Source: Akkermansia muciniphila (GTDB lineage: Bacteria; Verrucomicrobiota; Verrucomicrobiia; Limisphaerales; JADLHS01). From it: a stretch of 49,586 bases of DNA. The stretch spans positions 1 to 49,586 of the forward strand of contig CAMCWI010000003.1 in the NCBI GenBank assembly GCA_945882065.1, in the 5' to 3' direction. The notes beneath the pieces were generated by a model. That model was not told the DNA's origin, did not search any database, and saw nothing but the letters and a program-made list of their open reading frames with translations. The position numbers and the translations under genes are program-made. Shown in pieces: positions 7,299 to 17,108 of this stretch (position 1 is the first letter of the stretch; every line of letters starts with the position of its first letter).

Positions 7299-10163
7299 TT
7301 AAAATTCGCAACCGACGGAAAGTCCGAACGTGATACCTTTGGTGTGGCTCTTGAGAATGGTTTTTTCGCCTGTCACCCAAGTCTGGCTGACCTCGTAGGA
7401 TGGATTCAGAAGATTTTTTGCCGACAACTTAAACTTCCAGTTTTTGCCGAGTTTTTGACTGAGGAACATGTCTAGTTGGGGAGCAGGCTCTTCGTATTCA
7501 TCCGGGCGGTTCAAATTCACAACCACCAATCGCGGACCGACAATGCCGTAAGAAATGGTAAATGCTGTTTTGGTGGGCTCGTGATCCCATGTCAGGTCCG
7601 TGTTGAAGACATATTCAGGCTGATCAAACATGGGTCGCGTGATCTTACCTCCGCGGACGTTACCCACTACGTTGACATTTCTCTGGATATCATTCAACGG
7701 AACTTCTGATTCGATATAGGTGGCATTGAATCCCAGTGTCAACTCCTTAAGTGGCGACCAAAGATTATCCAAACGGGAGCGGAACTCCGCCTCAACGCCC
7801 ATAATGTCCGCCTTTTCAAAATTCTCGTAAGTTAAGTTATCGCCAGAGAAATCAACGGTGTAGAGCTCGATCGGCGCGTCAATTTTTTTCATGAATAATG
7901 AAAGTGAAACGATTTCTCCGGGTCTAGGATACCATTCCAACCTCAGATCGTAATTGGCACTTTCAGAAAATGTGAGGTTGGGATTTCCGTAGTAAGTGCG
8001 GCTTTGAGCGATGTCATAAATCCCCACGGGAGCTATCTCTCGATAGGCAGGGCGGACGACCGTTTGTGACCACGCCGCACGCAACTGAAGCTTTTCATGC
8101 AAAAAAACGGTAGCACTTAGAGACGGAAGCAAGTCGGTACGATTCAGATTACCTGGCGTAAGTGCTCTCCTCGTGGACTGATTTTCGCCAGTAAGAGTCA
8201 ATTCAGTTTCTTCGACACGTACGCCCCCGACCAGTCGGAGTCTTTCAAAAGCCGCCCAATCGCCCATGAGATACGCTGCTTTAATAAGCTGACTGCCCTC
8301 ATAAGTGATGTTTGCTGGAAAGTTCCGGTATTCTGTAAGTGCTGCGTTGGCCGGGTCGAGGTAACTCTGGGGATCGCCACCTGTGTAAAAGGGATGCGCA
8401 AGACTCGGAGCACGCATATCAAAGCCACGTTGGTAGTAGTCGCGAGTGGAATCGCTGATAGCTGCGCCGGTTTTGAAAAAATTGTCTTTATCGTTGTAGG
8501 AGGGCATCGGGATTTTTAGGTCGCCCCGTAGATTGGTATTGTTTTCTTCCAGCTCCCGCCAAAACCTTGTCGGATAAGACGGTTCAGTTGCCGCTTGCGG
8601 CAGGTAAAATGAATTAATGTCATCTGCCACATATTGGAAGATTCGATAATCCGGTTCTTCTTGCGTTGCTGTGGACATTGACCCGGCCCAATCGAAGGCT
8701 GCATCTTTCAAGGACGGAAAGTCGTGCGAACCCGCGAGCTGATAAAAGGTCAGGTTGCGTTCAGTCCAGTGTAACAAGGATTGATCGAGGTAGGTCTCGC
8801 CGGGCGTGGTGCCCACGTTATCGTCTTGGCCTTTAAGCCGGCGGGCTTCATCCTCCGCCGCCTGCACAAAGAGGAAGTTAAATTTAAGCTCGTGATCCTC
8901 ACCAATGCCCAAAGTGAATGCAGTAGAAGCCGCCCATGTGTACTCGATGACAGCCTTGGCATCTACTTTATCACGGACAATCGCAGTCGGGGTTTCAAAT
9001 TTTCTGGAAACACCATTATCGTAAAACTTGTAATCGTTTTTATAGTTTAACGAGCCGAGGTATCCAAATTTAAGGGTGTCACCCTTGAAACTGTCGCCGA
9101 ACGTCACCGCCATGCTGGAGTTCAGCGGAGACTTTTCGGGAATGGGAGAAAGTTGTGTGGATTTGAAACTGCGTTCAACCGCAGCTTCATTCTGGATTGG
9201 GCCTGACGTCCCCGACGCGCTGGTGCTTCTGGCAATAGCTGGTAATTCGCGTGTTCCGTCGTCCATCGCCAGCCAGTCCGTACCTCCGCGATCTGTCATC
9301 AGGAAATTGTTGTTCAGGTTGGCCTGAGTGTTGTAAGACGTGCCAAGGCTGAATGTCAGCGTGCCTTTCTCGGGATAACTCTTGGTCACGATATCAATCG
9401 CACCGCCGGCAAAGCCGCCTGACATGTCCGGGCTGAATGTTTTTGCAACTTCCATCTTCTCGATGACCTGAGTTGGCAAGAGATCCAATTGCGCCGCCTT
9501 ACGATCTGGATCAGCACTCGGCAGATCGTTGCCGTTGATCGTGGTGGACGTATAACGATCCGCCAGACCGCGAATCACAGCGAACTTGCCGTCGGCAATA
9601 CTTGCTCCAGAGACTTTGGTCAACACTTCCGCCGCGTCGCTCGCGCCGGTTTTTTCAAACTGCTTTGAACCCACACTGTCCATCATCCCGCTGGATTCCT
9701 GACGCTCGATCATGATCTGCTCGGTCTGTTGCGTGAACTCTTCCGCCGTGACCTCGTATTCCTCCATCTCGTAAAACTCAGGGCGCAGATTTCCGTTCAC
9801 AGTTGTGATCTGTCCGGCAATAACGCGCACGTCTGTGACGACAGCCGCTGCGAAGCTGGACTTGGAGATGCGCAAAACCTGATCGCCAAGAGGAAGATTC
9901 TTAAGTTCAAAACGCCCTGTGCTATCTGTTTGCGCGGCGAGAGTTGTTCCACGCACTGTCACCGTGGCTCCGGGAATCGGTTTGCCGTCAAATGAGTTGA
10001 TCACCACGCCAGACACGGCACCAGCATCCTGCGCTTTTGAGGTCAGTGCGGAAATTAAAAGCACGAACGCAAACACGCATACTGTTCGAAGGGGAGACAC
10101 CAGCGCGTGTAGAGTCGCGTTCCATATCTTCGTCGAAATGTGGTGAGGGGATTTGGTTTCCAT
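7299..10163 (-). CDS. TonB-dependent receptor with N-terminal carboxypeptidase-regulatory-like domain
   Basis: Signal peptide; GKPIPGATVTVRGT domain; plug GKFAVIRGLADRY...EVAKTFSPD; C-terminal LSAKNLLN and terminal Phe. Confidence 0.93.
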   Translation of the reverse strand: METKSPHHISTKIWNATLHALVSPLRTVCVFAFVLLISALTSKAQDAGAVSGVVINSFDGKPIPGATVTVRGTTLAAQTDSTGRFELKNLPLGDQVLRISKSSFAAAVVTDVRVIAGQITTVNGNLRPEFYEMEEYEVTAEEFTQQTEQIMIERQESSGMMDSVGSKQFEKTGASDAAEVLTKVSGASIADGKFAVIRGLADRYTSTTINGNDLPSADPDRKAAQLDLLPTQVIEKMEVAKTFSPDMSGGFAGGAIDIVTKSYPEKGTLTFSLGTSYNTQANLNNNFLMTDRGGTDWLAMDDGTRELPAIARSTSASGTSGPIQNEAAVERSFKSTQLSPIPEKSPLNSSMAVTFGDSFKGDTLKFGYLGSLNYKNDYKFYDNGVSRKFETPTAIVRDKVDAKAVIEYTWAASTAFTLGIGEDHELKFNFLFVQAAEDEARRLKGQDDNVGTTPGETYLDQSLLHWTERNLTFYQLAGSHDFPSLKDAAFDWAGSMSTATQEEPDYRIFQYVADDINSFYLPQAATEPSYPTRFWRELEENNTNLRGDLKIPMPSYNDKDNFFKTGAAISDSTRDYYQRGFDMRAPSLAHPFYTGGDPQSYLDPANAALTEYRNFPANITYEGSQLIKAAYLMGDWAAFERLRLVGGVRVEETELTLTGENQSTRRALTPGNLNRTDLLPSLSATVFLHEKLQLRAAWSQTVVRPAYREIAPVGIYDIAQSRTYYGNPNLTFSESANYDLRLEWYPRPGEIVSLSLFMKKIDAPIELYTVDFSGDNLTYENFEKADIMGVEAEFRSRLDNLWSPLKELTLGFNATYIESEVPLNDIQRNVNVVGNVRGGKITRPMFDQPEYVFNTDLTWDHEPTKTAFTISYGIVGPRLVVVNLNRPDEYEEPAPQLDMFLSQKLGKNWKFKLSAKNLLNPSYEVSQTWVTGEKTILKSHTKGITFGLSVGCEF

Positions 10164-10198
10164 GAACAAGTGCGTTTGCGAAGTTGGCGAACGATTGC

Positions 10199-11629
10199 TC
10201 AGGAACGCGCGGTGCGGCTCAGTTGCTCCACTTTTTCCAAATAGCGCTGCACGTTGTCCCGCTGTTTGACCTTTTGCGCCTTCTTCAACAACTCGGCGGC
10301 TTCGAGATATTTCTGAGATTGCACGAGCAGTTGCGCGTGTTTCACATAAGCGTCAGCTTCGAAACCCGTGATGCCGGACGCGGTGCGATAGCGGAACTCC
10401 GCTTTCTCCTTCTGGTTGTTCTTGGCGTAATAATCCCCCGCGAGCATCAACGCTTCCGCATCGAGCGGGTCTTTCTGAATGATCTGCTCCAGCGATTCAA
10501 TCGCCTTGTCTCCCGCGCCCGTGGACATGGCCACTTTGGATTCGAGCTTGAGTAACTTGAGTTCATCCGCGCCAGTCAACGCCGTGCCGGATGCGCGAAT
10601 TTTTCCGAACAGCTCACGCGCCTCAGTCCATGCGCCACGGCTCACGAGAATCTGGGCGGGGCGCAATGCCTTGGCCGGATTTTGACCGTTGTCCTTCGTC
10701 ATCGCCTCGGTGTAAGCGCCTAGAGCGAGATCGCGCGATTCCTGCGCCATGTAAAGATCTCCGAGCAGATTGAGCGATTGGACATTGGCTTTGCCGAGCC
10801 GACGAAGCATTTCCAAACTGATCGCGGCTTTGGCGGGTTGTTCCTTCTGGATGAAAAGATTCGCCTGCAACGTCCAGAGGTTGTCCTTGTCAGGATACTG
10901 TTTGATCAACTCGTCGAGTACGGAAAGGGCGTAATCATAGTTGCCCGTACCGATGGCACTCTTCACAAGGCCGAGTTTGAAATCCAGATTCTCCGGCTCG
11001 AACACGAGAGCCTGGCGATACGCTGCCTCAGCGGAAACATTCCGGCCCTGACTCAAGCAAGCAAAGCCGAGCAGACCAAAAACTTTTCCATCACCACCGC
11101 CTAACCCGATTGTGCGTGTGAGCGGTTTGATGGACTCGGCGTATTTGCCATCGCGAACGAGCGCGAACGCCAGATTCTTCTGCGCGCGACGATAGTCCGG
11201 GAACTTGAGGATCGCCATCTCGAAGTGCTTTGCGGCGTTGGTCAGGTCTTCGCGTTGGAAATAAACGTTGCCTAGCGTGAAATCAAACACCGCACTGGCC
11301 TTCGACGTGGTAAGGCCTTCAAGTGTGGAAATGATTTTCTTGGTGTCGCTGTTCGTGAGGATCGGAATCACGACAGTGCGATATTTTTCAAGCTCGTCGG
11401 GCTGCAACTTCGGCTCCACCTCCGAGGCGAAACCGTAGCTCCCGATCAGACGGCGTTGGAAATCGGGATCGTTCCAGACTGCGGCAAGTTCATGATCCGA
11501 GGACAAGGGGGCAAACTTGTTTGGCGTGGTGGCTACCTCCGTTTTTTCGGCTTTGACCACAGGTGATGTGGCAATGCTCATCAAGAACGCCAGCACCGCC
11601 AGCAAGGGGTTTTTTCTGTTTCGAGTCAT
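10199..11629 (-). CDS. Periplasmic TPR protein (TtpD-like position in Ton operon)
   Basis: Signal peptide and many ~34-aa helical repeats (e.g. FTLGNVYF...AILKFP); lies directly downstream of tonB. Confidence 0.85.
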   Translation of the reverse strand: MTRNRKNPLLAVLAFLMSIATSPVVKAEKTEVATTPNKFAPLSSDHELAAVWNDPDFQRRLIGSYGFASEVEPKLQPDELEKYRTVVIPILTNSDTKKIISTLEGLTTSKASAVFDFTLGNVYFQREDLTNAAKHFEMAILKFPDYRRAQKNLAFALVRDGKYAESIKPLTRTIGLGGGDGKVFGLLGFACLSQGRNVSAEAAYRQALVFEPENLDFKLGLVKSAIGTGNYDYALSVLDELIKQYPDKDNLWTLQANLFIQKEQPAKAAISLEMLRRLGKANVQSLNLLGDLYMAQESRDLALGAYTEAMTKDNGQNPAKALRPAQILVSRGAWTEARELFGKIRASGTALTGADELKLLKLESKVAMSTGAGDKAIESLEQIIQKDPLDAEALMLAGDYYAKNNQKEKAEFRYRTASGITGFEADAYVKHAQLLVQSQKYLEAAELLKKAQKVKQRDNVQRYLEKVEQLSRTARS

Positions 11630-11656
11630 AAAATCAGTTCAATCGGTTTTAGCTAT

Positions 11657-12319
11657 TCAACCCGTTGTGACGCGGAAGCGCAACGGCACGCGGATGTAAG
11701 TGCGCACAGCTTGCCCGTCTTTTTGTCCGGGACTGAAGCGCCATTTTCGGATCGCGTCTAAGGCAGGTTTCTCAAATTCTGGCCGTGAAGAATTCTCCAC
11801 GCGCGGGTCTTCAACGCGACCTGTCTCGTCCAAAATGAAGATCAACGTCACGACGCCCTCAACCTTGGCTTTGCGCAACGCTTCAGGATAAGTCGGCGCA
11901 ACCTGCGATACAGGTTCGGGTCGCTTTTCCAGATCGGCGACATCGAACGTGTCTTCCTGCACGGCTTCAGCAGCGGTGAGCGAACGGATTTCACCAAAGC
12001 CAGCCAGTGCGCCGCCTGATCCCATCGCGACTTCCAAGTCCGCGCTCAATGGAATCTGTTGCGTTGTCTCTGCGAGTTGCGGTTCAGGCGCTGCTTCAGG
12101 TGGTTTCTCTGCTTCAGGTGGTGGTGGCGCGATTTCCTCCTCAACAGGCGGAGGTAATTCCACCGCGCTGGTTGTGCGCAACTCCAGCGAACGTTCAGGC
12201 TTGGCGATGCGATGCGCGAACGGAATGAAACCAAACAACACGGCGGTGAACCCCACGCCGAAAATGACTGCCACCGGCAGCCGGGCCATCTTGCTTTCGT
12301 TCTGATAAACTTTTCGCAT
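11657..12319 (-). CDS. tonB: Energy transducer TonB
   Basis: N-terminal TM segment, Pro/Glu-rich linker, PTYPEALRKAKVEG and AIRKWRFSPG. Confidence 0.93.
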   Translation of the reverse strand: MRKVYQNESKMARLPVAVIFGVGFTAVLFGFIPFAHRIAKPERSLELRTTSAVELPPPVEEEIAPPPPEAEKPPEAAPEPQLAETTQQIPLSADLEVAMGSGGALAGFGEIRSLTAAEAVQEDTFDVADLEKRPEPVSQVAPTYPEALRKAKVEGVVTLIFILDETGRVEDPRVENSSRPEFEKPALDAIRKWRFSPGQKDGQAVRTYIRVPLRFRVTTG

Positions 12320-12320
12320 A

Positions 12321-12725
12321 TCAGATTTTGTCTGTGGCGAGATTCACTTCTTTGGCCCCGCCAAGTTTGGCCTCATCAATCACGCTGATGACCATGCCGG
12401 AATTGGCGTTATCGTCGGCCTGGATCACCACCGGAAGTTTGTCTTTGGAGCAAAGGCGTTTCACGGTCGGTCGCACATTTCCCAAACCGATTTCTTTTCC
12501 GCCGTAGGCAACCTTGCCATCCGCCGTGACCGCGAAAATGATGCTGTTCTTGTCCGTCTGACGCGCGCTGGCGGCGCGGGGTTTGGTCACGGTCACACCC
12601 GGCTCTTCGATAAAGCTCGTCGTCGAGATGAAGAAGATCAGGAGGAACATGATGATATCAATGAGCGGAATCAGATTCAGCTCAATGGACTCATCAGGCT
12701 CGGCAAGTTGACGGCGAAATCTCAT
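12321..12725 (-). CDS. exbD: Biopolymer transporter ExbD
   Basis: LNLIPLIDIIMFLLIFF with the catalytic Asp; VVIQADD and VIDEAKLGG. Confidence 0.93.
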   Translation of the reverse strand: MRFRRQLAEPDESIELNLIPLIDIIMFLLIFFISTTSFIEEPGVTVTKPRAASARQTDKNSIIFAVTADGKVAYGGKEIGLGNVRPTVKRLCSKDKLPVVIQADDNANSGMVISVIDEAKLGGAKEVNLATDKI

Positions 12726-12734
12726 GAAAATTCG

Positions 12735-13142
12735 TTAACTGCGTTGTGAGGCAACGCTCACGTCCTTGGCCCCGCCCATGCGGGCTTCGTCAATGATTCG
12801 GATCATCATGCCGGAGCGGGATTTTTCGTTCACTTGAATCACCACCGGTTTCGCTTCTTCAGCACAAAGCCGCTTCACTGTCGGGCGCACGCCACTCAAG
12901 CCGATCTCTTTCCCTTCATGGCTGACTTTGCCGTCAGGTGCGACTGAAAGAATGATCGAGGTGTTTTCTCCCGAACTGCTGCCGGGGTCGGACTGCGGCT
13001 TGTCCACGGACAAACCTTTTTCCTGCATCATGCTTGTTGTCGAAATGAAAAAAATCAGCAGGAACATGATGATATCAATGAGCGGAATCAGATTCAGCTC
13101 AATGGACTCATCGGGTTCAGCCAACGTGCGGCGGAATCTCAT
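12735..13142 (-). CDS. exbD: Biopolymer transporter ExbD, second copy
   Basis: Same TM motif; VVIQVNE and IIDEARMGG. Confidence 0.92.
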   Translation of the reverse strand: MRFRRTLAEPDESIELNLIPLIDIIMFLLIFFISTTSMMQEKGLSVDKPQSDPGSSSGENTSIILSVAPDGKVSHEGKEIGLSGVRPTVKRLCAEEAKPVVIQVNEKSRSGMMIRIIDEARMGGAKDVSVASQRS

Positions 13143-13819
13143 GCGAGAACGGTTTCCGATTTGACGACTGCGGGCATCGGTGTTGTGCCTGTTTCAGTCT
13201 GGCGTGTGAAGATGCGCGTCATACCATGGAATTCAGGACGGAAGTGCCGCAGCGTGATGCTCTCCAATCGCGCGAGAAATGCGACGTATTCATTGCGCCA
13301 GCGTTTGGCGATGCTCGCCATGACCAATCCCGGAATCGCCACCATCATGCCGGTCTGTGTGGCCACGAGCGCTTCGCTGATGCCCTTGGCGATGATTTCA
13401 GAAGCGGAACTGCCGCCGATGCCAATGGCTTTGAACGTGAGCAACATTCCCAAGACCGTGCCGAGCAATCCGAACAACGGCGCTGAAACCACGAGCACAT
13501 TTAGAAACGCGACGCGGCGATCCAAGTCAGTGACCTGCGAGGCTTCGACTTCGCGGAAGCGGCCTTCGATATCTTTGATCGAATGTATTTCGTCCTGCGT
13601 GTAACGAACCAATTCGCGCACGCTGGCTGGCGCGGTTTCGGGTTTGGCCACCCAGTTGCGCAGAACAACATCAGTCGCCTTGGTCAACCCACGATGATAT
13701 GCCGACATCAGCAATTGCGCCGCGCTCACATACATGACGAGCGACAACAGCACCATGGCCCACATGACCCAGCCGCCGGTCGTCCAGGTGTGCAACATCA
13801 TTTTGAAGATTTCGTTCAT
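13139..13819 (-). CDS. exbB: MotA/TolQ/ExbB proton channel protein
   Basis: APLFGLLGTVLGM and GISEALVATQTG. Confidence 0.92.
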   Translation of the reverse strand: MNEIFKMMLHTWTTGGWVMWAMVLLSLVMYVSAAQLLMSAYHRGLTKATDVVLRNWVAKPETAPASVRELVRYTQDEIHSIKDIEGRFREVEASQVTDLDRRVAFLNVLVVSAPLFGLLGTVLGMLLTFKAIGIGGSSASEIIAKGISEALVATQTGMMVAIPGLVMASIAKRWRNEYVAFLARLESITLRHFRPEFHGMTRIFTRQTETGTTPMPAVVKSETVLA

Positions 13820-13841
13820 AGTTTTTTTGGTGTTGAGGGTT

Positions 13842-15245
13842 TCAACCGAAATTTGGTTTGTCGTCCGACGGGACGCCGTTCACGAAGCCAACTGCTGTTT
13901 GCTCCATGCTGCCGAGAATGCTCTTGGCCTTGCGGCTCAGGAAGGCGTGCAGCAATAGCGCGGGAATCGCCACACCCATGCCGGTGGCAGTGGCCATGAG
14001 TGCTTCGGAAATACCGGACGCCAGCATCTTGGGATCGCCGCTGCCGAAACTGGAAATGAGTTTGAACGTCGCGATCATGCCCGTGACCGTGCCGAGCAAT
14101 CCGAGCAGCGGACCCGTCGTGGCAGTAAGCGCGAGGAACGGCAGACCGCGTTCAAGCCGCGTGCGTGCGCCGAGCATTTTCTCGTAAAGAATCTCTTCAA
14201 TGTATTCCTTCTTCTCGTCCACATGTTGCACGGCTGTGGCGAGCAATTCGCCCGCGATACCGGGAATGCTGCGCGCGTGATTAAGTGCGAGATCGGGCTT
14301 CCGGGATTCGATGTGTTTGAGAACCGTTTGCAGATCGTTCTCAGTAGCGAGCCGAACGCGGGTGAATTGCAGCCACTTGACCAACGCGAGAACCAGCGAT
14401 GCCAGTCCCAGTCCCAACAATGGGATCATGACCAAGCCGCCCTCGGCTAGTTTGTCATACAGGCTCGTGTGCATGGCGGACAGTTTGAATGCGTTGCCGA
14501 GTGTGGGATCGAGAACCATCTGACCGTTGCCAGAAGTGACAAGCGCGCGGCTGGCGTCCATCAACGGTTGTTCCATTTGTGCAATCGTCGGATCCGACTT
14601 ATTCAACTCCTGTTGCAACAAGCCAGCCGATGTCCCCGATGAACTCGCGAACATTGCGACGGGTCCAAAGACCACGACCTTGCCCGCTTGCACCAAGCCT
14701 TGCTTGTCGAGTGCTTTGCCGTCGAAGGTCTCACCGCCTTGTGCGCCTTCAGCCCGTTGCAGAGCGGTCGTGAGAAGCACGGAGCGACGGGCGAATTTTT
14801 CTTTCGCTGCCAAGTCTGCGGAGGCGGCTGTGGCGTCCACTTGTTCGAGCAACGCCTTGTAGCGCGGTTCTTCAATGAAGTTGAGGCGCGAACGAAAAGC
14901 GCGGCCATACTCGGTGACGAGTGAGTCCACATATTTGACTTCGTCAGTCTGACGTTTGGCGTCTGACTTGAGCGCGTTCAACTCGACGAGTTGGTTTTCC
15001 TGAAAGCGCTGCGCCTTCACCAAGTCAGCGCGGCGATTGATGAGTTGCTGTTCCAGATCAGTCACCTTGCGGGCCAGGGGCAATCGCTCGGCTTCGATCT
15101 CCTGACGCACGCCAGAAAGTTCTGCGCTCGCCTTTTGAAGATCGTCGTTCGCGCTGGTGAGGACGTTCTCAATCGTCTGTGCTTGGAGCGTGCAAGAAAT
15201 TGCAACCAACAGTGCAAAACAAATTTTTATGTAGGATTTGGTCAT
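13842..15245 (-). CDS. TtpC-like MotA/TolQ/ExbB protein with long periplasmic coiled-coil N-terminus
   Basis: Signal peptide, coiled coil, then GPLLGLLGTVTGMIATF...GDPKMLASGISEAL. Confidence 0.9.
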   Translation of the reverse strand: MTKSYIKICFALLVAISCTLQAQTIENVLTSANDDLQKASAELSGVRQEIEAERLPLARKVTDLEQQLINRRADLVKAQRFQENQLVELNALKSDAKRQTDEVKYVDSLVTEYGRAFRSRLNFIEEPRYKALLEQVDATAASADLAAKEKFARRSVLLTTALQRAEGAQGGETFDGKALDKQGLVQAGKVVVFGPVAMFASSSGTSAGLLQQELNKSDPTIAQMEQPLMDASRALVTSGNGQMVLDPTLGNAFKLSAMHTSLYDKLAEGGLVMIPLLGLGLASLVLALVKWLQFTRVRLATENDLQTVLKHIESRKPDLALNHARSIPGIAGELLATAVQHVDEKKEYIEEILYEKMLGARTRLERGLPFLALTATTGPLLGLLGTVTGMIATFKLISSFGSGDPKMLASGISEALMATATGMGVAIPALLLHAFLSRKAKSILGSMEQTAVGFVNGVPSDDKPNFG

Positions 15246-15268
15246 CGGGAAAAAATGTTAATGGGTCT

Positions 15269-16033
15269 TCAACGTACCGTGGCGGGCAGAGTCACGAAGC
15301 GCGCCGTGCGCTCGTTGCGATAAATTTTGACGACTTCTTGAACTGTAGATGCGATCTCAGGTTTGACAGCCCATTCCCAACCGTTGCTGCCGGGTGTGCC
15401 TGTGCCCGCGAAATCACCGGCTTCGTTCACGAAGTAAGCTGCACCGAGTCCGATATAAATCGTCTGCACGGCGACTTCCTCGCCTTTGGGATTCTTGCGC
15501 TTCTCGTTGAAGAGATTCACGGCGTTGTTGAACTTGTCGAGTTCGCCGAGCAATCCGACCAGCACCTGCATGCGTTCGGCGGCGAGCATCTTTGTGTTCG
15601 CGGGATCAGCGGGCAATTTGGCGAGCAACGGCTTGAGAATGTCTTGAAGCGGCGAAGGCAACTGCGGCACGAACTTTTTCACACGCGCCTCAAAGTCTGT
15701 CGCGAATTGCCGCGCGCCATCCAGGGTCTCGTTCGACTGCTTTTGCAGCGCGGTGGCTTCGGTCATTTCTTTCGCGACCTGCGAGTTGTTCGTGGACACC
15801 TTCGACATCTGGTCGTTGATGGATTTCAACTCGCGTTCGTAGAGAGCAACGGTCTGTTCCAGAGATTCTTTGTCCGCCTGCCAGTCGTTACGCGTCTTGG
15901 AGATCAACTGCCGCGTCTGCACCCACTGCTCCAGTGTCGTGCGCGTCTGCGCCATGACAGGGGCGTCGGCGGCGACCAGTCGCACTCCACTTGTGAGTGC
16001 CAGGAGCGTGACCAAAGAGAAAAGTAACTTCAT
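15269..16033 (-). CDS. DUF3450 family protein (TtpB-like)
   Basis: Signal peptide, coiled coil, AERMQ and IYIGLGAAYFV...W motifs; first gene of a Ttp-type Ton operon. Confidence 0.8.
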   Translation of the reverse strand: MKLLFSLVTLLALTSGVRLVAADAPVMAQTRTTLEQWVQTRQLISKTRNDWQADKESLEQTVALYERELKSINDQMSKVSTNNSQVAKEMTEATALQKQSNETLDGARQFATDFEARVKKFVPQLPSPLQDILKPLLAKLPADPANTKMLAAERMQVLVGLLGELDKFNNAVNLFNEKRKNPKGEEVAVQTIYIGLGAAYFVNEAGDFAGTGTPGSNGWEWAVKPEIASTVQEVVKIYRNERTARFVTLPATVR

Positions 16034-16077
16034 TCATAAGTAAGGTCGTGAAACCGTGTCACGCCTTGATGTCGGCA

Positions 16078-16097
16078 TTGTTACGACTGTGTGACAA
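16078..16097 (-). promoter_or_regulatory. Pho-box-like direct repeat upstream of the Ton operon
   Basis: Minus strand ttGTCACacagtcGTAACaa: two GT(C/A)AC half-sites with 11-bp period, 45 bp upstream of the first ATG. Confidence 0.5.
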
Positions 16098-16682
16098 TCA
16101 ATCTCTGATACGCCACACAGGGAAATGAAACGCGGGTTCTGAGCGACGTAACATCAATGTAACCCCGCTGGCGTAGAGTTGTCGCAGTAGTCGTGTTTCA
16201 TGGCCTCGAGATGAAAGCGATAATCCCTGTGAAAAAGCATCCCTCAATTTCCTTCGTCACACGTGTGACGGAGGCACGGACGGGTCAGGACTTAAAACCG
16301 TGTGCATCCGTGTCCCGTCCGCTCCCCTATTTCGGCAGCGAGCGACTTCGCGGAATGTTGCTAGTGCGTTTTGCCGTGCGGCGAGACTCCTCGCAATTTC
16401 GCTGGCCATGAAAATCAAATCGGACCGGGCTCCGGTGTTTCTTCAACTTGTCGCCTATCGGCAACGATGGCGCGAGCGTTCGAGTCTGTGGAGAGAGTCA
16501 CAGCGATGTCACAGGAATGACATAATTTCGCCATCGTTCCAACGGAGTCTCAAAGAAGTCTGTTTGATGCTGAATGTTTTGGACGAACGATTTCCGCGTT
16601 GAAGTTCAAGAGTTCACGGGCAACTTGTGTTGTCCGAACGCGGGCCGGAGCGGTCGCAAGGCCGCTCCGGTTTTTGTTTGGA

Positions 16683-17102
16683 TCAGGAAGCGACCGGTTT
16701 TTCCGGCGGGGCGATCTTGCTTGAAGGGAAGAATGGTTTTCGGAACGCATCATGGAAGTCGTAGCCACCGCCGAAATCGTCGCGGCTGTCCTTCTCTGTT
16801 TTGCCGAGCAACCCGATCTCCACCATGTTGAAAACGATTTCGCCAAAATCTTCGCAGCGTTTGATGCCCCATTCCTCGAAGACCATCTGGGTCATCGGGC
16901 CAAATTGTGCGAGCGCGTAGTCGCGGATGCCGCCGAGCAATTCCTGCCCCGTGACGTGGCGCATCTCGCCCTTGTTTTCTTTCAGGACAATTTTCTGCGT
17001 GTGATCAAGCGCGTCCTTCACGAAGAGGTAGGCGTCGCGCGGATAGCGCGAGTCCTTGGCGATCACCAGGGCGAGCGTGGTTTCAAAAGTCAGTTCCTGC
17101 AT
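16683..17102 (-). CDS. Minf_1886 family (Verrucomicrobia/Planctomycetes-restricted) protein
   Basis: DSRYPRDAYLFV, RHVTGQELL, QFGPM..V...WGI...EDFGEIVFNMVE.GLL. Confidence 0.85.
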   Translation of the reverse strand: MQELTFETTLALVIAKDSRYPRDAYLFVKDALDHTQKIVLKENKGEMRHVTGQELLGGIRDYALAQFGPMTQMVFEEWGIKRCEDFGEIVFNMVEIGLLGKTEKDSRDDFGGGYDFHDAFRKPFFPSSKIAPPEKPVAS

Positions 17103-17108
17103 AGCAAT

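Noticed and set aside
16193-16831. Plus-strand ORFs in the region upstream of the Ton operon
   Set aside because: Short, overlapping, Arg/Ser-rich and without motifs; treated as non-coding.
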